A stretch of 64,000 nucleotides of DNA, from positions 73,948-137,947 of the forward strand of contig JBBTVD010000006.1 of the NCBI GenBank assembly GCA_038063415.1. Reading direction: 5' to 3'. The position numbers and the translations under genes are program-made. Source of the DNA: Patescibacteria group bacterium. GTDB taxonomy: Bacteria > Patescibacteriota > Microgenomatia > Levybacterales > UBA12049. Below, in pieces: positions 51,190 through 61,449 of the stretch (position 1 is the first letter of the stretch; the number at the start of each line of letters is the position of its first letter). A model generated the notes under the pieces. The model had not been told where the DNA came from. It did no database searches and worked only from the letters and a program-made list of their open reading frames with translations.

Positions 51190-54100
51190 CTAGGCAGCAA
51201 CAACTGCTTCAGCTGCACGTGTTTCTTCTTGACCTTCTTCAACAAATTCACCAGTCATTCCAGCAACTGGAATAAGTCGTCCGATAATAACATTTTCTTT
51301 GAGACCGATCAGTTTATCTTCACGTGCTTCAAGCGCTGCTTCGGTTAAGACTTTGGTTGTTTCCTGGAAGGATGCTGCTGACAACCAAGAGTCTGAGAAC
51401 AGAGCTGCTTTGGTAATACCAAGGACTACTTGTCGGCCAGTTGCTGGCTCTCCACCTTCAGCGAGCACCTCGCCATTCATCTCTTCAAATCGAGCTTTGG
51501 TTACAAAATCTCCTGGGATAAGTGAGGTGTCACCAACACTCTCAACGATAACCTTGTCAGACATCTTTCGAGTAATAACTTCAAAATGCTTATCATTAAT
51601 ACCAATACCCTGTGATTCATATACTCTCTGTACTTCAGTGATCAGATAGCGCTGTGCCATTGGGATACCACCGACTTTGAGTACTTCCTTTGGATCAAGA
51701 TCACCTTCTGCAAGTGGTGTTCCAGCGATCACTTCATCACCATCAGCAACGGTCAGGGTCATAGACAGTGGGACAAAGTATTCCTGTGTATCAATTGGTT
51801 TGATTCGAGTGTTTTTGATTTGTACATGGTGACCATCCTCGTTTGTTTCAACGGTTACTTTACCAGTAATTTCAGCAATTGGTGTCAAATTCTTTGGTGT
51901 ACGCATTTCAAAGAGTTCCTCAACACGTGGAAGACCTTGGGTCACGTCAGACATAACGATACCTCCATAGTGCTTCACCTTCATGGTCAGCTGTGTTCCT
52001 GGTTCACCAATACTTTGCGCAGCCATAACACCGACTGGAACACCTTTACCGATTAATTGCTTGGTTGAGAAGTCCCATCCATAACAGGCGGCACACAGTC
52101 CGTAAGAAAGCTTACAGGTAAGTGCTGATCGTACCACTGCTTCCTCAACTTCATGTTCGTCAAAGAGTTTTGCTTCTTCTTCACTGATTTCAGTTCCAGC
52201 CTTCAAGATAACTTTCTTGGTTTTCTTTGAAACAACATCTGCTCCAAGCACACGACCAAGAACTCTTTCTGACAAAGCCGCAGTTCTGTTCTTTTCGGTA
52301 TGATACATGGTTATGCCATCGGTTGTACCACAATCATCTTCCCGGATAATCACTTCATGAGCCACATCAACCAAACGTCGAGTTAAGTATCCTGCGTTTG
52401 CTGTTTTCAAAGCTGAATCGGTCAAACCTTTTCGTGAACCACGGGCTGATGACACGTATTCAAAGATTGAAAGACCTTCACGGAAGTTAGATTTAATTGG
52501 TAACTCAACGATCTTTCCGGTTGGATCAACGATAAGACCACGGATAGCTGAAAGCTGTTTGAGCTGTTCGAGACCTGCACGAGAACCTCCAGAATCAATA
52601 CTGATTTTGATAGGATTGTGCTTTTCAAGAGCCTTCCAGGTAAGATCACCAACAACATCCGTTACTTTCATCCAAACTTCATTTGAAAGTCTTTTCTTTT
52701 CGTTAATGGTAATCAAACCATTCTGATAGTCACTGTCGATCTTGGCAACCTTTACTTCGGCTTCAGCAACATATTTTTGTTTCTCAGGGATAATGTCGTT
52801 GTCAAAAGCAGCGACACTCACACCAGAAATGGTTGCACCCTTAAATCCAAGATTCTTAATGCGGTCAATAAGAGCTGCAACTTCATCAGATGAGTACATC
52901 TTCATAGCCCGCATAATAAGCTTTTTGATACCACCCGCATTGACACTCTCGTTAATAAAGCCATATGATTCAGGAAGGAGTTCATTGAATTTCAATCGAC
53001 CAGCACTTGTTTCAACAAGCTTTGCCTCTTTATCACCATAGGCTGTCAGGCGAACCTGGATTGTTTCTTGCAGTTGAATCTTACCAAGGTCATAGGCAAG
53101 GAGTGCTGCGTTTTTGTTTTCAAAGTATGCTTGTTCTTCTGCTGGCTTAACCAATCTCTCATCAAGTGATGTCAAGAAGAATGAACCAAGTGCCATTTCT
53201 TTGTTTGGCAAGGTGATTGGATCTCCGTTTGCAGGTTTGAGCAAGTTATGGTTAGGCATCATAAGCGCAATTGCTTCTTCTTGTGCTTTCTTAGAAAGTG
53301 GAATATGCACAGCCATTTGATCACCGTCAAAGTCAGCGTTATAACCGGCACAGACACAAGGGTGAAGCTGAATCGCAGCACCTTCAATAAGGACTGGATA
53401 GAATGCCTGAATACCAAGTTTATGAAGCGTAGGAGCACGGTTTAGAAGAACCGGATGATTCTTGGTAATTTCTTCAAGGATATCAAAAACCTCTGGTGGA
53501 CGCTTCTCGATATATCGTTTTGCTGACTTAATATTGGTAGCAAGGCCACGAACGATTACTTCACGAAGAATAAACGGCTTAAACATTTCAAGTGCCATTT
53601 CTTTTGGTAATCCACACTGGTTCAGTTCAAGATCAGGTCCAACAACGATAACAGAACGACCGGAGTAATCAACACGTTTTCCAAGCAAATTCTGTCGGAA
53701 TCGACCTTGTTTTCCACGAAGCATGTCTGAGAGAGATCGAAGCTGTGCCGCACTTTGACTTGTTCGCTGTGATGAATCAATAAGTGCGTCGACTGATTCC
53801 TGGAGCATTCTCTTCTCGTTTCGAAGAATGATTTCAGGTGCACCAAGTGCAAGCAAATGCTTCAAACGATTGTTTCGGTTAATCACACGGCGATACAAAT
53901 CGTTCAAATCTGACGTTGCAAATCGTCCTCCTGAAAGCTGAACCATCGGACGAAGATCTGGTGGAATAACAGGAAGTACGGTCATAATCATCGCAGATGG
54001 TGATACTCCTGCTTTGCGCATGAATTCGATCAATCGAAGTCTTTTCACAATCTTTAAGTAGCGCTGTCCAGTTGCTTTTTCTGATTCGGTACGAAGATCA

Positions 54101-54978
54101 GCAATTAATGCTGAAAGGTCTAAGTTATTTACAACTTCTGCAAGTGCTTCAGAACCAGTCTTAATAGTAAAGAAGATTGGGGTATCGTATTCAAGCAGTT
54201 TGAAGTACTCATCTTCTGATAACACACTACCAACGCGAAGACTCTTCAAAAGTTTGGTGAACGTATCTGAAATTTCATCAAGTTTCTTCATTTCTGAAGT
54301 AAGGGTTTCACCTGTATGGACAAGTTTCTGGCGAAGAGCAATATCTACTTCTTCAGCAATCATTTGCTTTTGTTCGCTTGGGAATTTACTGCCTGTTACT
54401 TCTTTCTTTTTCTCTTCTGCTTCAGTCGTCAGTTTTGTTTCTTCATCTTTGATTCGCTGCTCAAGTGCATCTTTTCGCTTTGCAAAAGTGTCAGCAAAGG
54501 CATCAAGTGCTTCTTTTTTCTTTTCTTCATCAACGGTTGTAATGAAGTAAGATGCATAGTAGATAATAGATTCAAGACTCTTTTGTGGGACATCCAATAA
54601 GAGTGAGAGTGCACTTGAAGCACCTTTGAAATACCATACATGTGAGACAGGAGCTGCAAGCGTGATGTGACCCAATCGCTCACGTCGAACACGAGAAAGA
54701 GTTACTTCAACGCCACATTTGTCACAAACAATACCACGATAACGGATTCTCTTGTACTTTCCACAATAGCATTCCCAATCTTTGGTAGGACCAAAAATTC
54801 TTTCATCAAAAAGACCATCTTTTTCTGGACGAAGCGTACGATAGTTAATCGTTTCTGGCTTGGTTACTTCTCCATATGACCATTGCATGATGTCATCGTT
54901 GGTTGCAAGAAGTAATTTCAATGACTTGAAGTCAGAAATATTAAGATCTTTTAAGATGTTTTTCCCTTTGTTATTCAT
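51190..54978 (-). CDS. rpoC: RNA polymerase beta' subunit
   Basis: KPETINYRT, CYCGK...CDKC, NADFDGD, SAASFQET. Confidence 0.99.
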   Translation of the reverse strand: MNNKGKNILKDLNISDFKSLKLLLATNDDIMQWSYGEVTKPETINYRTLRPEKDGLFDERIFGPTKDWECYCGKYKRIRYRGIVCDKCGVEVTLSRVRRERLGHITLAAPVSHVWYFKGASSALSLLLDVPQKSLESIIYYASYFITTVDEEKKKEALDAFADTFAKRKDALEQRIKDEETKLTTEAEEKKKEVTGSKFPSEQKQMIAEEVDIALRQKLVHTGETLTSEMKKLDEISDTFTKLLKSLRVGSVLSEDEYFKLLEYDTPIFFTIKTGSEALAEVVNNLDLSALIADLRTESEKATGQRYLKIVKRLRLIEFMRKAGVSPSAMIMTVLPVIPPDLRPMVQLSGGRFATSDLNDLYRRVINRNNRLKHLLALGAPEIILRNEKRMLQESVDALIDSSQRTSQSAAQLRSLSDMLRGKQGRFRQNLLGKRVDYSGRSVIVVGPDLELNQCGLPKEMALEMFKPFILREVIVRGLATNIKSAKRYIEKRPPEVFDILEEITKNHPVLLNRAPTLHKLGIQAFYPVLIEGAAIQLHPCVCAGYNADFDGDQMAVHIPLSKKAQEEAIALMMPNHNLLKPANGDPITLPNKEMALGSFFLTSLDERLVKPAEEQAYFENKNAALLAYDLGKIQLQETIQVRLTAYGDKEAKLVETSAGRLKFNELLPESYGFINESVNAGGIKKLIMRAMKMYSSDEVAALIDRIKNLGFKGATISGVSVAAFDNDIIPEKQKYVAEAEVKVAKIDSDYQNGLITINEKKRLSNEVWMKVTDVVGDLTWKALEKHNPIKISIDSGGSRAGLEQLKQLSAIRGLIVDPTGKIVELPIKSNFREGLSIFEYVSSARGSRKGLTDSALKTANAGYLTRRLVDVAHEVIIREDDCGTTDGITMYHTEKNRTAALSERVLGRVLGADVVSKKTKKVILKAGTEISEEEAKLFDEHEVEEAVVRSALTCKLSYGLCAACYGWDFSTKQLIGKGVPVGVMAAQSIGEPGTQLTMKVKHYGGIVMSDVTQGLPRVEELFEMRTPKNLTPIAEITGKVTVETNEDGHHVQIKNTRIKPIDTQEYFVPLSMTLTVADGDEVIAGTPLAEGDLDPKEVLKVGGIPMAQRYLITEVQRVYESQGIGINDKHFEVITRKMSDKVIVESVGDTSLIPGDFVTKARFEEMNGEVLAEGGEPATGRQVVLGITKAALFSDSWLSAASFQETTKVLTEAALEAREDKLIGLKENVIIGRLIPVAGMTGEFVEEGQEETRAAEAVVAA

Positions 54979-54979
54979 A

Positions 54980-57900
54980 TTATTTTTGTGCTACCTCCAT
55001 TTCAGGTTCTACTATTTCTTCTGTTTCGGCTTCTCCAGCAACAGCCTGCGCATTGAGTGATTCGTCAACAACTTCTTCTGCTGCAAGGGCGACTTCAAGA
55101 GCTTTTACTTCTTCTTTAACAGCTTCTGAGGCTTTCTCTTCTGCTACTTCTGTCGCTTCATTATACACCTGTGCGTCAGTTGGCACAACATTGAGTGCGA
55201 GTGACTGTAATTCTTTAATAAGCACCTTGAATGACTCAGGAACCTTTGGTGTTGGGATATCAGTCCCTTTCACAATTGCTTCAAAAGCTTTAGCCCTTCC
55301 AACGACATCGTCAGATTTGATGGTTAACATTTCCTGTAAGATATATCGTGCACGATGTGATTCAAGAGCCCAAACTTCCATTTCTCCAAGACGCTGACCT
55401 CCCATTTGGGCTTTACCACCAAGTGGCTGCTGGGTAACCAGAGAGTATGGACCAGTTGAACGAGCGTGCGTCTTGTCCTCAACCATGTGGATAAGCTTCA
55501 TGATGTAGGAGATACCGACAACAACTGGGTTTTCGTATGCTTCACCACTTCGACCGTCAAAGAGTTGTACTTTTCCATTCATTGGAAGACCTGCTTGCTT
55601 AAGAAGTTCAGTAATTTTTTCTTCTTTTACTTTTTCAAATGCTGGGATACCGACTTTAATACCAAGCTTTTCTGCTGCAAATCCAAGGTGGGCTTCAAGA
55701 ATCTGTCCCAAATTCATACGGGCAAGAATACTCACCGGTGAAATAATAATATCAACAGGAGTTCCGTCAGCCATGTACGGCATGTCAGCAATAGGCATAA
55801 TTCGAGAGATGATACCTTTGTTTCCGTGACGTCCAGCAAGTTTGTCTCCAACAGAGATATGTCGGAACTGTGCTACTTCAACAATAATTTTTCGCATAGC
55901 ACCTGGTTCAAGTTCATCACCTTGCTTGCGGTCAAGAATCTGGACACTAATAACGGTTCCTCGCTCACCATGAGGCATACGAAGACTGGTATCTCGTACT
56001 TCACGAGCTTGTTCACCAAAGATCGCCCGAAGTAGTCTCTCTTCTGCAGTAAGCTCTGTTTCACCTTTTGGAGCGATTTTACCAACAAGAATTGATCCTG
56101 GACGAACTTCACTTCCAAGGACAACAATACCCTCTTCATCAAGGTTTGCAAGATCTTCTTCTGAAACGTTTGGAATATCTCGAGTTGTTTCTTCCATACC
56201 AAGCTTAGTTTCAACAACGGTTGCTTCATACTTTTCAATATGAATTGATGAAAGTACGTTATCTTTTACCAATCGCTCAGAGACCACAATAGCGTCTTCG
56301 TAACCAAGACCATCAAGTGAAGTATACGCAATAAGCAAGTTGCGTCCGAGTGCCAATTCTCCCTTTTGACTTGAAGGACCATCGATAAGTAGATCTCCTT
56401 CTTTGATCACTTGGCCATCTTTCACAACTGCACGCTGTGTGTACGCTGTTGCATTCGAAGTACGTTCAAATGTTTCAAGAGAATAGGTAGCACGCTGTCC
56501 TGCTCCACCTTCAAGCACAACTCGCTTTGCATCAACAAAAGAAATCTTTCCAGCAAATGGTGCCCGTACAACTCTTCCCATAACTTCAGCAACGGTTCCT
56601 TCCATACCTGTTCCAACAACAGGACTTTCAGGATTAACGAGCGGAACAGCCTGACATTGCATGTGCGTTCCCATCAGTGCACGGTTAGCTTCATCGTGTT
56701 CAATAAAAGGAATAAGTGAGGCACTTGTCCCGACAACCTGTCGTGGAACAATATCAATGTAAGAGATCATCTCACGATCAACTTCAATAAATTCACCTCG
56801 GTAACGTGCAGGCACACGTGCATCAAGAATTTCACCGTCTTCTGAGATATTGATACCAAGATGTGTTACATATTGATCTCGCTCATCATCTGCAGAGAGA
56901 TAGACTACTTCATCAGCAATTTTAACAATTTCGCGGCTGCCCTTCTTCTCTCGTACTACCTTTTTGTAAGGAGTTTCTAAGAATCCATAATCATTTACTC
57001 GTGAATAGAGTGCCATATAGGTAACAAGTCCAATGTTTGGTCCCTCGGGACTCCTGATAGGGCAAATTCTTCCGTATTGTGAACTGTTGATATCTCGGAT
57101 CGAGAAAGCTGCGCGTTCTCGTGAGATACCACCAGTACCCATAACCGTCAGACGGTTTAAGTTATCAATTTCAGAAAGTGGGTTTGTCTGATCAAGAATT
57201 GTTGAAAGCTGTGATGTTCGGAAGAATTCATTGATAGCAGCCATAATAGGACGTGCATTAATAAGATTAGCAACGGTGATTGGCACATCAGCCTGCAAAA
57301 GACTCATACGCTCTTTGATACTTCGCTCAACACGAAGCACACCAACACGGAAAGCATTGATAGCAACAAGTTCTCCAACACTTCGGACACGGCGGTTTGA
57401 AAGACTATCAATATCATCAACGTCGCCCTTACCTTGCTCAAGCGTAATAAGGTAAGCAAGTGAAGCAACGATATCGTCAACCGTCAAGACACGGTCTTCG
57501 GTTGGGACAAATCCTGGAACTGATTGAAGTCTCTTGTTTGTTTTGTAACGACCCACTTCACCAAGATCATAGCGTCGTGCATTGAAAAAGAGGTTTGTGA
57601 AGTATTCACGAACTTTGTCGAGAATAACTGGCTCGCCTGGATGCATTTTCTTAAAAATTTCAACAAGTGCTTCAGTTTCACTTGTTGTTTCATCTTTTTG
57701 GAGAGTGTTTTCGATAAGATCTATTTTGCCATCTTTCCCTGCATACTCAGCAAACTTTGCTTTGATTGCCTCATTGTCTGAAATACCAAGTGCTCGAAGG
57801 AAAGTTGTTGCGAGGAATTTTCGACGTCGGTCGATCTTAACAGTAATAGTACCGTAGCGAGTTGTTGCAAATTCAAGCCATGAACCATGTACTGGTCGAA

Positions 57901-58387
57901 TTTCACTTGAATAGAGTGATTTACCAGTGATGGGGTCTTGTGCACCAGTAAAGAAAACACCAGGTGAACGAACGAGCTGGTTAACAACTGCACGCTCAAT
58001 ACCATTCACAATAAAAGTTCCACGCTCAGTCATTTGTGGGATATCACCAAGGAAAACTTCAGCACTTTGGTGCTCATCAGTTTTTTTGTTTGTCAGGGTA
58101 ACAGAAACAGTAAGAGGAGCACTATAGGTAAGGCCTTTAACGAGTGCTACTTCTGGATCAATAGTTGCTTCACCAAGTTTGTGTTTGTGGAAGGCAAGCG
58201 CCCAGTTTTTGCCAGTAAAATCATCAACAGGAGTAATTTCTTTGACGATTTCAGCAATCCCTTCTTCTTGGAATATTTTGTATGATTTCTTTTGAACTGC
58301 GAGAAGATCAAGCTTTGGCAGCATTGTGTATGTTTTCCCCCAGTTTTGTCGTATAGATTGGTCGGTTTGGTCTGAGTGCTTAGGCAT
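54980..58387 (-). CDS. rpoB: RNA polymerase beta subunit
   Basis: GTFIVNGIER, PEGPNIGL, GDKLAGRHGNKG, GGQRLGEME. Confidence 0.99.
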   Translation of the reverse strand: MPKHSDQTDQSIRQNWGKTYTMLPKLDLLAVQKKSYKIFQEEGIAEIVKEITPVDDFTGKNWALAFHKHKLGEATIDPEVALVKGLTYSAPLTVSVTLTNKKTDEHQSAEVFLGDIPQMTERGTFIVNGIERAVVNQLVRSPGVFFTGAQDPITGKSLYSSEIRPVHGSWLEFATTRYGTITVKIDRRRKFLATTFLRALGISDNEAIKAKFAEYAGKDGKIDLIENTLQKDETTSETEALVEIFKKMHPGEPVILDKVREYFTNLFFNARRYDLGEVGRYKTNKRLQSVPGFVPTEDRVLTVDDIVASLAYLITLEQGKGDVDDIDSLSNRRVRSVGELVAINAFRVGVLRVERSIKERMSLLQADVPITVANLINARPIMAAINEFFRTSQLSTILDQTNPLSEIDNLNRLTVMGTGGISRERAAFSIRDINSSQYGRICPIRSPEGPNIGLVTYMALYSRVNDYGFLETPYKKVVREKKGSREIVKIADEVVYLSADDERDQYVTHLGINISEDGEILDARVPARYRGEFIEVDREMISYIDIVPRQVVGTSASLIPFIEHDEANRALMGTHMQCQAVPLVNPESPVVGTGMEGTVAEVMGRVVRAPFAGKISFVDAKRVVLEGGAGQRATYSLETFERTSNATAYTQRAVVKDGQVIKEGDLLIDGPSSQKGELALGRNLLIAYTSLDGLGYEDAIVVSERLVKDNVLSSIHIEKYEATVVETKLGMEETTRDIPNVSEEDLANLDEEGIVVLGSEVRPGSILVGKIAPKGETELTAEERLLRAIFGEQAREVRDTSLRMPHGERGTVISVQILDRKQGDELEPGAMRKIIVEVAQFRHISVGDKLAGRHGNKGIISRIMPIADMPYMADGTPVDIIISPVSILARMNLGQILEAHLGFAAEKLGIKVGIPAFEKVKEEKITELLKQAGLPMNGKVQLFDGRSGEAYENPVVVGISYIMKLIHMVEDKTHARSTGPYSLVTQQPLGGKAQMGGQRLGEMEVWALESHRARYILQEMLTIKSDDVVGRAKAFEAIVKGTDIPTPKVPESFKVLIKELQSLALNVVPTDAQVYNEATEVAEEKASEAVKEEVKALEVALAAEEVVDESLNAQAVAGEAETEEIVEPEMEVAQK

Positions 58388-58512
58388 CGTGCGTTATATA
58401 TATTTTGGTAGGCAGTCCCCTAACAGACAATAAAAGACACAGAGGGACTTGCCCCTTGTATCTTTATATGACAGAGAGTGTTTCTATGTATATCATATAT
58501 ATCCTTATTCTG

Positions 58513-59430
58513 TCAAGGGTTTGATACTAATTGCTCTACCTGTATGGCGTCATTTATTCGCTCTTGAGCAAAATTTGTTACATCTCGTACACCCTGTTGA
58601 TTCAAAATAGGGTCTTGTGAGTTACTAACACTCGCACTCGTTCTGTACCTTTTGCTCCGCTCAGGAAATTCTGCACCAATTACCGTACGGATAGTATACC
58701 CATCATCCTCTTTTTGTACACCAATTGAAAAAACGTCAGGCAAACCCATAATAAGATGACCGCCAATTGCAGCCTCAGGATTCGTCGACCACGAGACGGA
58801 TATACTGTCTATTTTCTCAGCAGGGAGTATGCCATCGGGAAGATATCGACTTGCATTCTCGTTCCACCAACGATCATCTACTTTTGCACTAATGGTATAA
58901 ATGACACCATTAACACCTTTCTTTGTCAATAATATCTCATGATTTCCCCCTTCGATTGCAGCCATAAAGCCATTATCACCAACGCGGAGTAGCCATGGTT
59001 TCTTTGGCTCAACCAGAACCTGACCAAGCTCTGACATATTACCCTTTAAAGGGGTTTCTAAGGATGCATGTGCAAAGAGCTCAGTAATTTGTGTCGAGGA
59101 ACTTGTCAGATACTCTTGTAAGATATCGTCAGTAGTAGGCTTTTCATTTGGAGAAATTGCTTCATATGCAGGTGCTGGTATCTTTGGTTCTTGCTGTATA
59201 TGCATTCCTGCAGCAATGCCTGTAACGACTGCTGCTCCAACTGCAACTGTATTTCTAGTTCGCCTAAATCTAGGTTGTGTCAATCTTGGATGACGCCCAA
59301 ATATATTTTTCTTTTTAGATCTCGGTATCGGTAGTGGAACTGTGTCAGCTTGGCTAACGTCAGTTGGACGACGAATCTCCATCGTATCAGCTCGGCGACG
59401 ATGAAGATCCAGTGTATTTTCGTTAGACAT
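58513..59430 (-). CDS. Hypothetical single-TM protein
   Basis: Basic N-region, one TM (VAVGAAVVTGIAAG), soluble C-domain; ATG 59430 is 4 nt after the upstream stop. Confidence 0.7.
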   Translation of the reverse strand: MSNENTLDLHRRRADTMEIRRPTDVSQADTVPLPIPRSKKKNIFGRHPRLTQPRFRRTRNTVAVGAAVVTGIAAGMHIQQEPKIPAPAYEAISPNEKPTTDDILQEYLTSSSTQITELFAHASLETPLKGNMSELGQVLVEPKKPWLLRVGDNGFMAAIEGGNHEILLTKKGVNGVIYTISAKVDDRWWNENASRYLPDGILPAEKIDSISVSWSTNPEAAIGGHLIMGLPDVFSIGVQKEDDGYTIRTVIGAEFPERSKRYRTSASVSNSQDPILNQQGVRDVTNFAQERINDAIQVEQLVSNP

Positions 59431-59434
59431 ATTT

Positions 59435-59821
59435 TTATAAACCCATACTTTTCCGAATTTTTTGCCACAATGTTTCTTCTTGTTGAGGTGCTGGAAGAGC
59501 AGCAAGTATTTGCTGGGCTTGCTCAGGAGAGAGTTGCACTACTTGCCCGTTATTCCCTGACTGTTGTGAGACAACCTGCTGCACCATACCATTCTTAAAG
59601 AGATCTCCAATTGGCATTTGCATCAGTTGATTATTGCTTGTAGCCGAAAGCATCTGTTGTAATTGTGCAGGAGTAATTCGCATTGCTTGCATTACCATGC
59701 CCTGAGCATGGGTATTATTCTTAAGAAGCTCTCCAAGTGTTTGTTGCAGGATACCTGAAGACTGAGATTGACTGCTTTGTATCTGTTGGGTGGCTACCTG
59801 TGGGAGACTATCAGTATTCAC
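59435..59821 (-). CDS. Gln-rich hypothetical protein with an internal duplication
   Basis: GTG at 59821 follows the upstream stop by 4 nt; biased Q/S/M composition. Confidence 0.65.
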   Translation of the reverse strand: MNTDSLPQVATQQIQSSQSQSSGILQQTLGELLKNNTHAQGMVMQAMRITPAQLQQMLSATSNNQLMQMPIGDLFKNGMVQQVVSQQSGNNGQVVQLSPEQAQQILAALPAPQQEETLWQKIRKSMGL

Positions 59822-59825
59822 AAAC

Positions 59826-60539
59826 TTAGTATAACGTTTTTTTGAACCACTGTACAGAAAGCCTGTTAAACTCTTCCCTCCATGCTGGATCATCGAGACT
59901 ATGAGACGATTCTTTAATGACTGATGCTTCTTTCTGTTTTGCAGCAACAGCCTGAGACAGATATGCTTCACACATTCTTTCCGGAATAACTGTATCTTTT
60001 TCAGAAATCACAACGAGGAGCCTTCCAGTGAACGTACTCATTGCTTGGATAGCAGTTGTTTCTTCCATTTTTTTCATGGTCTGAAAAAAAATTTCTTCTT
60101 TCTCCATGATCTGCGTGTAGGAAACCATATCATTTGGATATGCAGCTGGAGCTCGGAGGACAAGTGATGCTACTTTCCGCTTTCTTGCAATGAGTGACGC
60201 AATCGTCCCTCCAAAACTTGAGCCGCAGAGACCAATACGTTCAGTATCAATCCCCTTCTGGTTTGCCAAGAAATCATAGGCGGTAAGACCATCACGAACT
60301 CCATCTGCTATGGTGAGCTTTGCAAAATCGCCTTCACTTGCTCCATGCCCTCGAAGATCAATTGACAATCCTGCAATTCCTTGTTCAGTAAGCTTCTGGG
60401 CAAGTGGAAGATAATTCTTTTGACTGCTTGTCATGCCATGAAAGAAAATAACACCTGGGAATTTTTGCCGTGAAGGGCTGGGTTCAAAATAGGTTCCAGA
60501 AATCTTTTGCCCATCGACGAGGAACTGAATCTTTTCCAT
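59826..60539 (-). CDS. Alpha/beta-fold hydrolase
   Basis: FHG, DLRGHGAS, nucleophile elbow GSSFG, D(TVIP), H(SL). Confidence 0.92.
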   Translation of the reverse strand: MEKIQFLVDGQKISGTYFEPSPSRQKFPGVIFFHGMTSSQKNYLPLAQKLTEQGIAGLSIDLRGHGASEGDFAKLTIADGVRDGLTAYDFLANQKGIDTERIGLCGSSFGGTIASLIARKRKVASLVLRAPAAYPNDMVSYTQIMEKEEIFFQTMKKMEETTAIQAMSTFTGRLLVVISEKDTVIPERMCEAYLSQAVAAKQKEASVIKESSHSLDDPAWREEFNRLSVQWFKKTLY

Positions 60540-60540
60540 A

Positions 60541-61443
60541 CTATTTCTTTCGCTTCTCTATCCAGTCCTGCCAGGCGACCAGAAGCTGTGCCGCGTTGAA
60601 GATTGAAGAATATGTCCCACTCAGCATACCGATAAAGAGCGCAAATACAAACCAGCGGATTGTTTCTCCTCCAAAGAGTAATAAGGTAAAGAGTACCAAC
60701 AGTGTTGTCCACGACGTATTGAGTGAACGAACAAGAGTCTGTAAAAGTGAGTCATTCACCACTTGGCCAAAAGGCACACCTGCAGTTCTCTTCAGATTCT
60801 CACGAATACGATCAAAGACAACAATAGTATCGTGAACAGAGAATCCAATAACCGTTAAGATCGCCGTTACAAATAAGCTATCAACTTCGACTCCAAAGAA
60901 ATGACCAAGTATGGAGAATACCCCAATGACAAAAAGGGCGTCATGAATCAGTGCAGCAATTGCACAAACACCAAAGCGCCAACTACTGGCTGGTTTCCTT
61001 ACGCCACGGAATGACCAGGCAATATAGAAGATAATGACAAGTGAAGCCACACCGATAGCTTTAAACGCATTCAGGGTAATCTCTTGACCAATTACCGGAC
61101 CAATGGTTTCAAATTCATCTTGGGTAAACTCTCCGGCTGTTTTTTTGAGCTCTACAAGAACGGCTGCATTTTGCTTATCATCTAATGGCTTTGTCCTGAC
61201 AACTACTCGATCACCGGAGGGCTGAATCGTTACCACATCAATTCCTTTTGCTTCAAAAGCTTTCTCAACGGTCTCGATCTTCTGTTCATTGACTGGCTGT
61301 GGAAAGACAAGTGTCGTTCGTGAGCCTCCGGTAAAGTCAATCGAAAGATTAAGCCCCCAGAGGAACAATGAAACAACTCCTGGAACAATCATCAGGAATG
61401 AAAAAAGAAAATACCATTTTCGTTTACCAATAATATCAAACAT
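60541..61443 (-). CDS. secF: Protein translocase subunit SecF
   Basis: SIDFTGG, IHD, GFSVHDTIVVFDRIRE, GTYSSIF. Confidence 0.97.
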   Translation of the reverse strand: MFDIIGKRKWYFLFSFLMIVPGVVSLFLWGLNLSIDFTGGSRTTLVFPQPVNEQKIETVEKAFEAKGIDVVTIQPSGDRVVVRTKPLDDKQNAAVLVELKKTAGEFTQDEFETIGPVIGQEITLNAFKAIGVASLVIIFYIAWSFRGVRKPASSWRFGVCAIAALIHDALFVIGVFSILGHFFGVEVDSLFVTAILTVIGFSVHDTIVVFDRIRENLKRTAGVPFGQVVNDSLLQTLVRSLNTSWTTLLVLFTLLLFGGETIRWFVFALFIGMLSGTYSSIFNAAQLLVAWQDWIEKRKK

Positions 61444-61449
61444 AATTTT

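Noticed and set aside
54120-54560. Coiled-coil insertion in RpoC as a novel domain or intein
   Set aside because: Its position matches known lineage-specific beta' insertions; no intein terminal motifs.
51299-58285. Many 60-128 aa antisense and alternate-frame ORFs over rpoB/rpoC (also over groL, secA, copA)
   Set aside because: Shadow ORFs expected from codon bias in conserved genes; no motifs or start signals.
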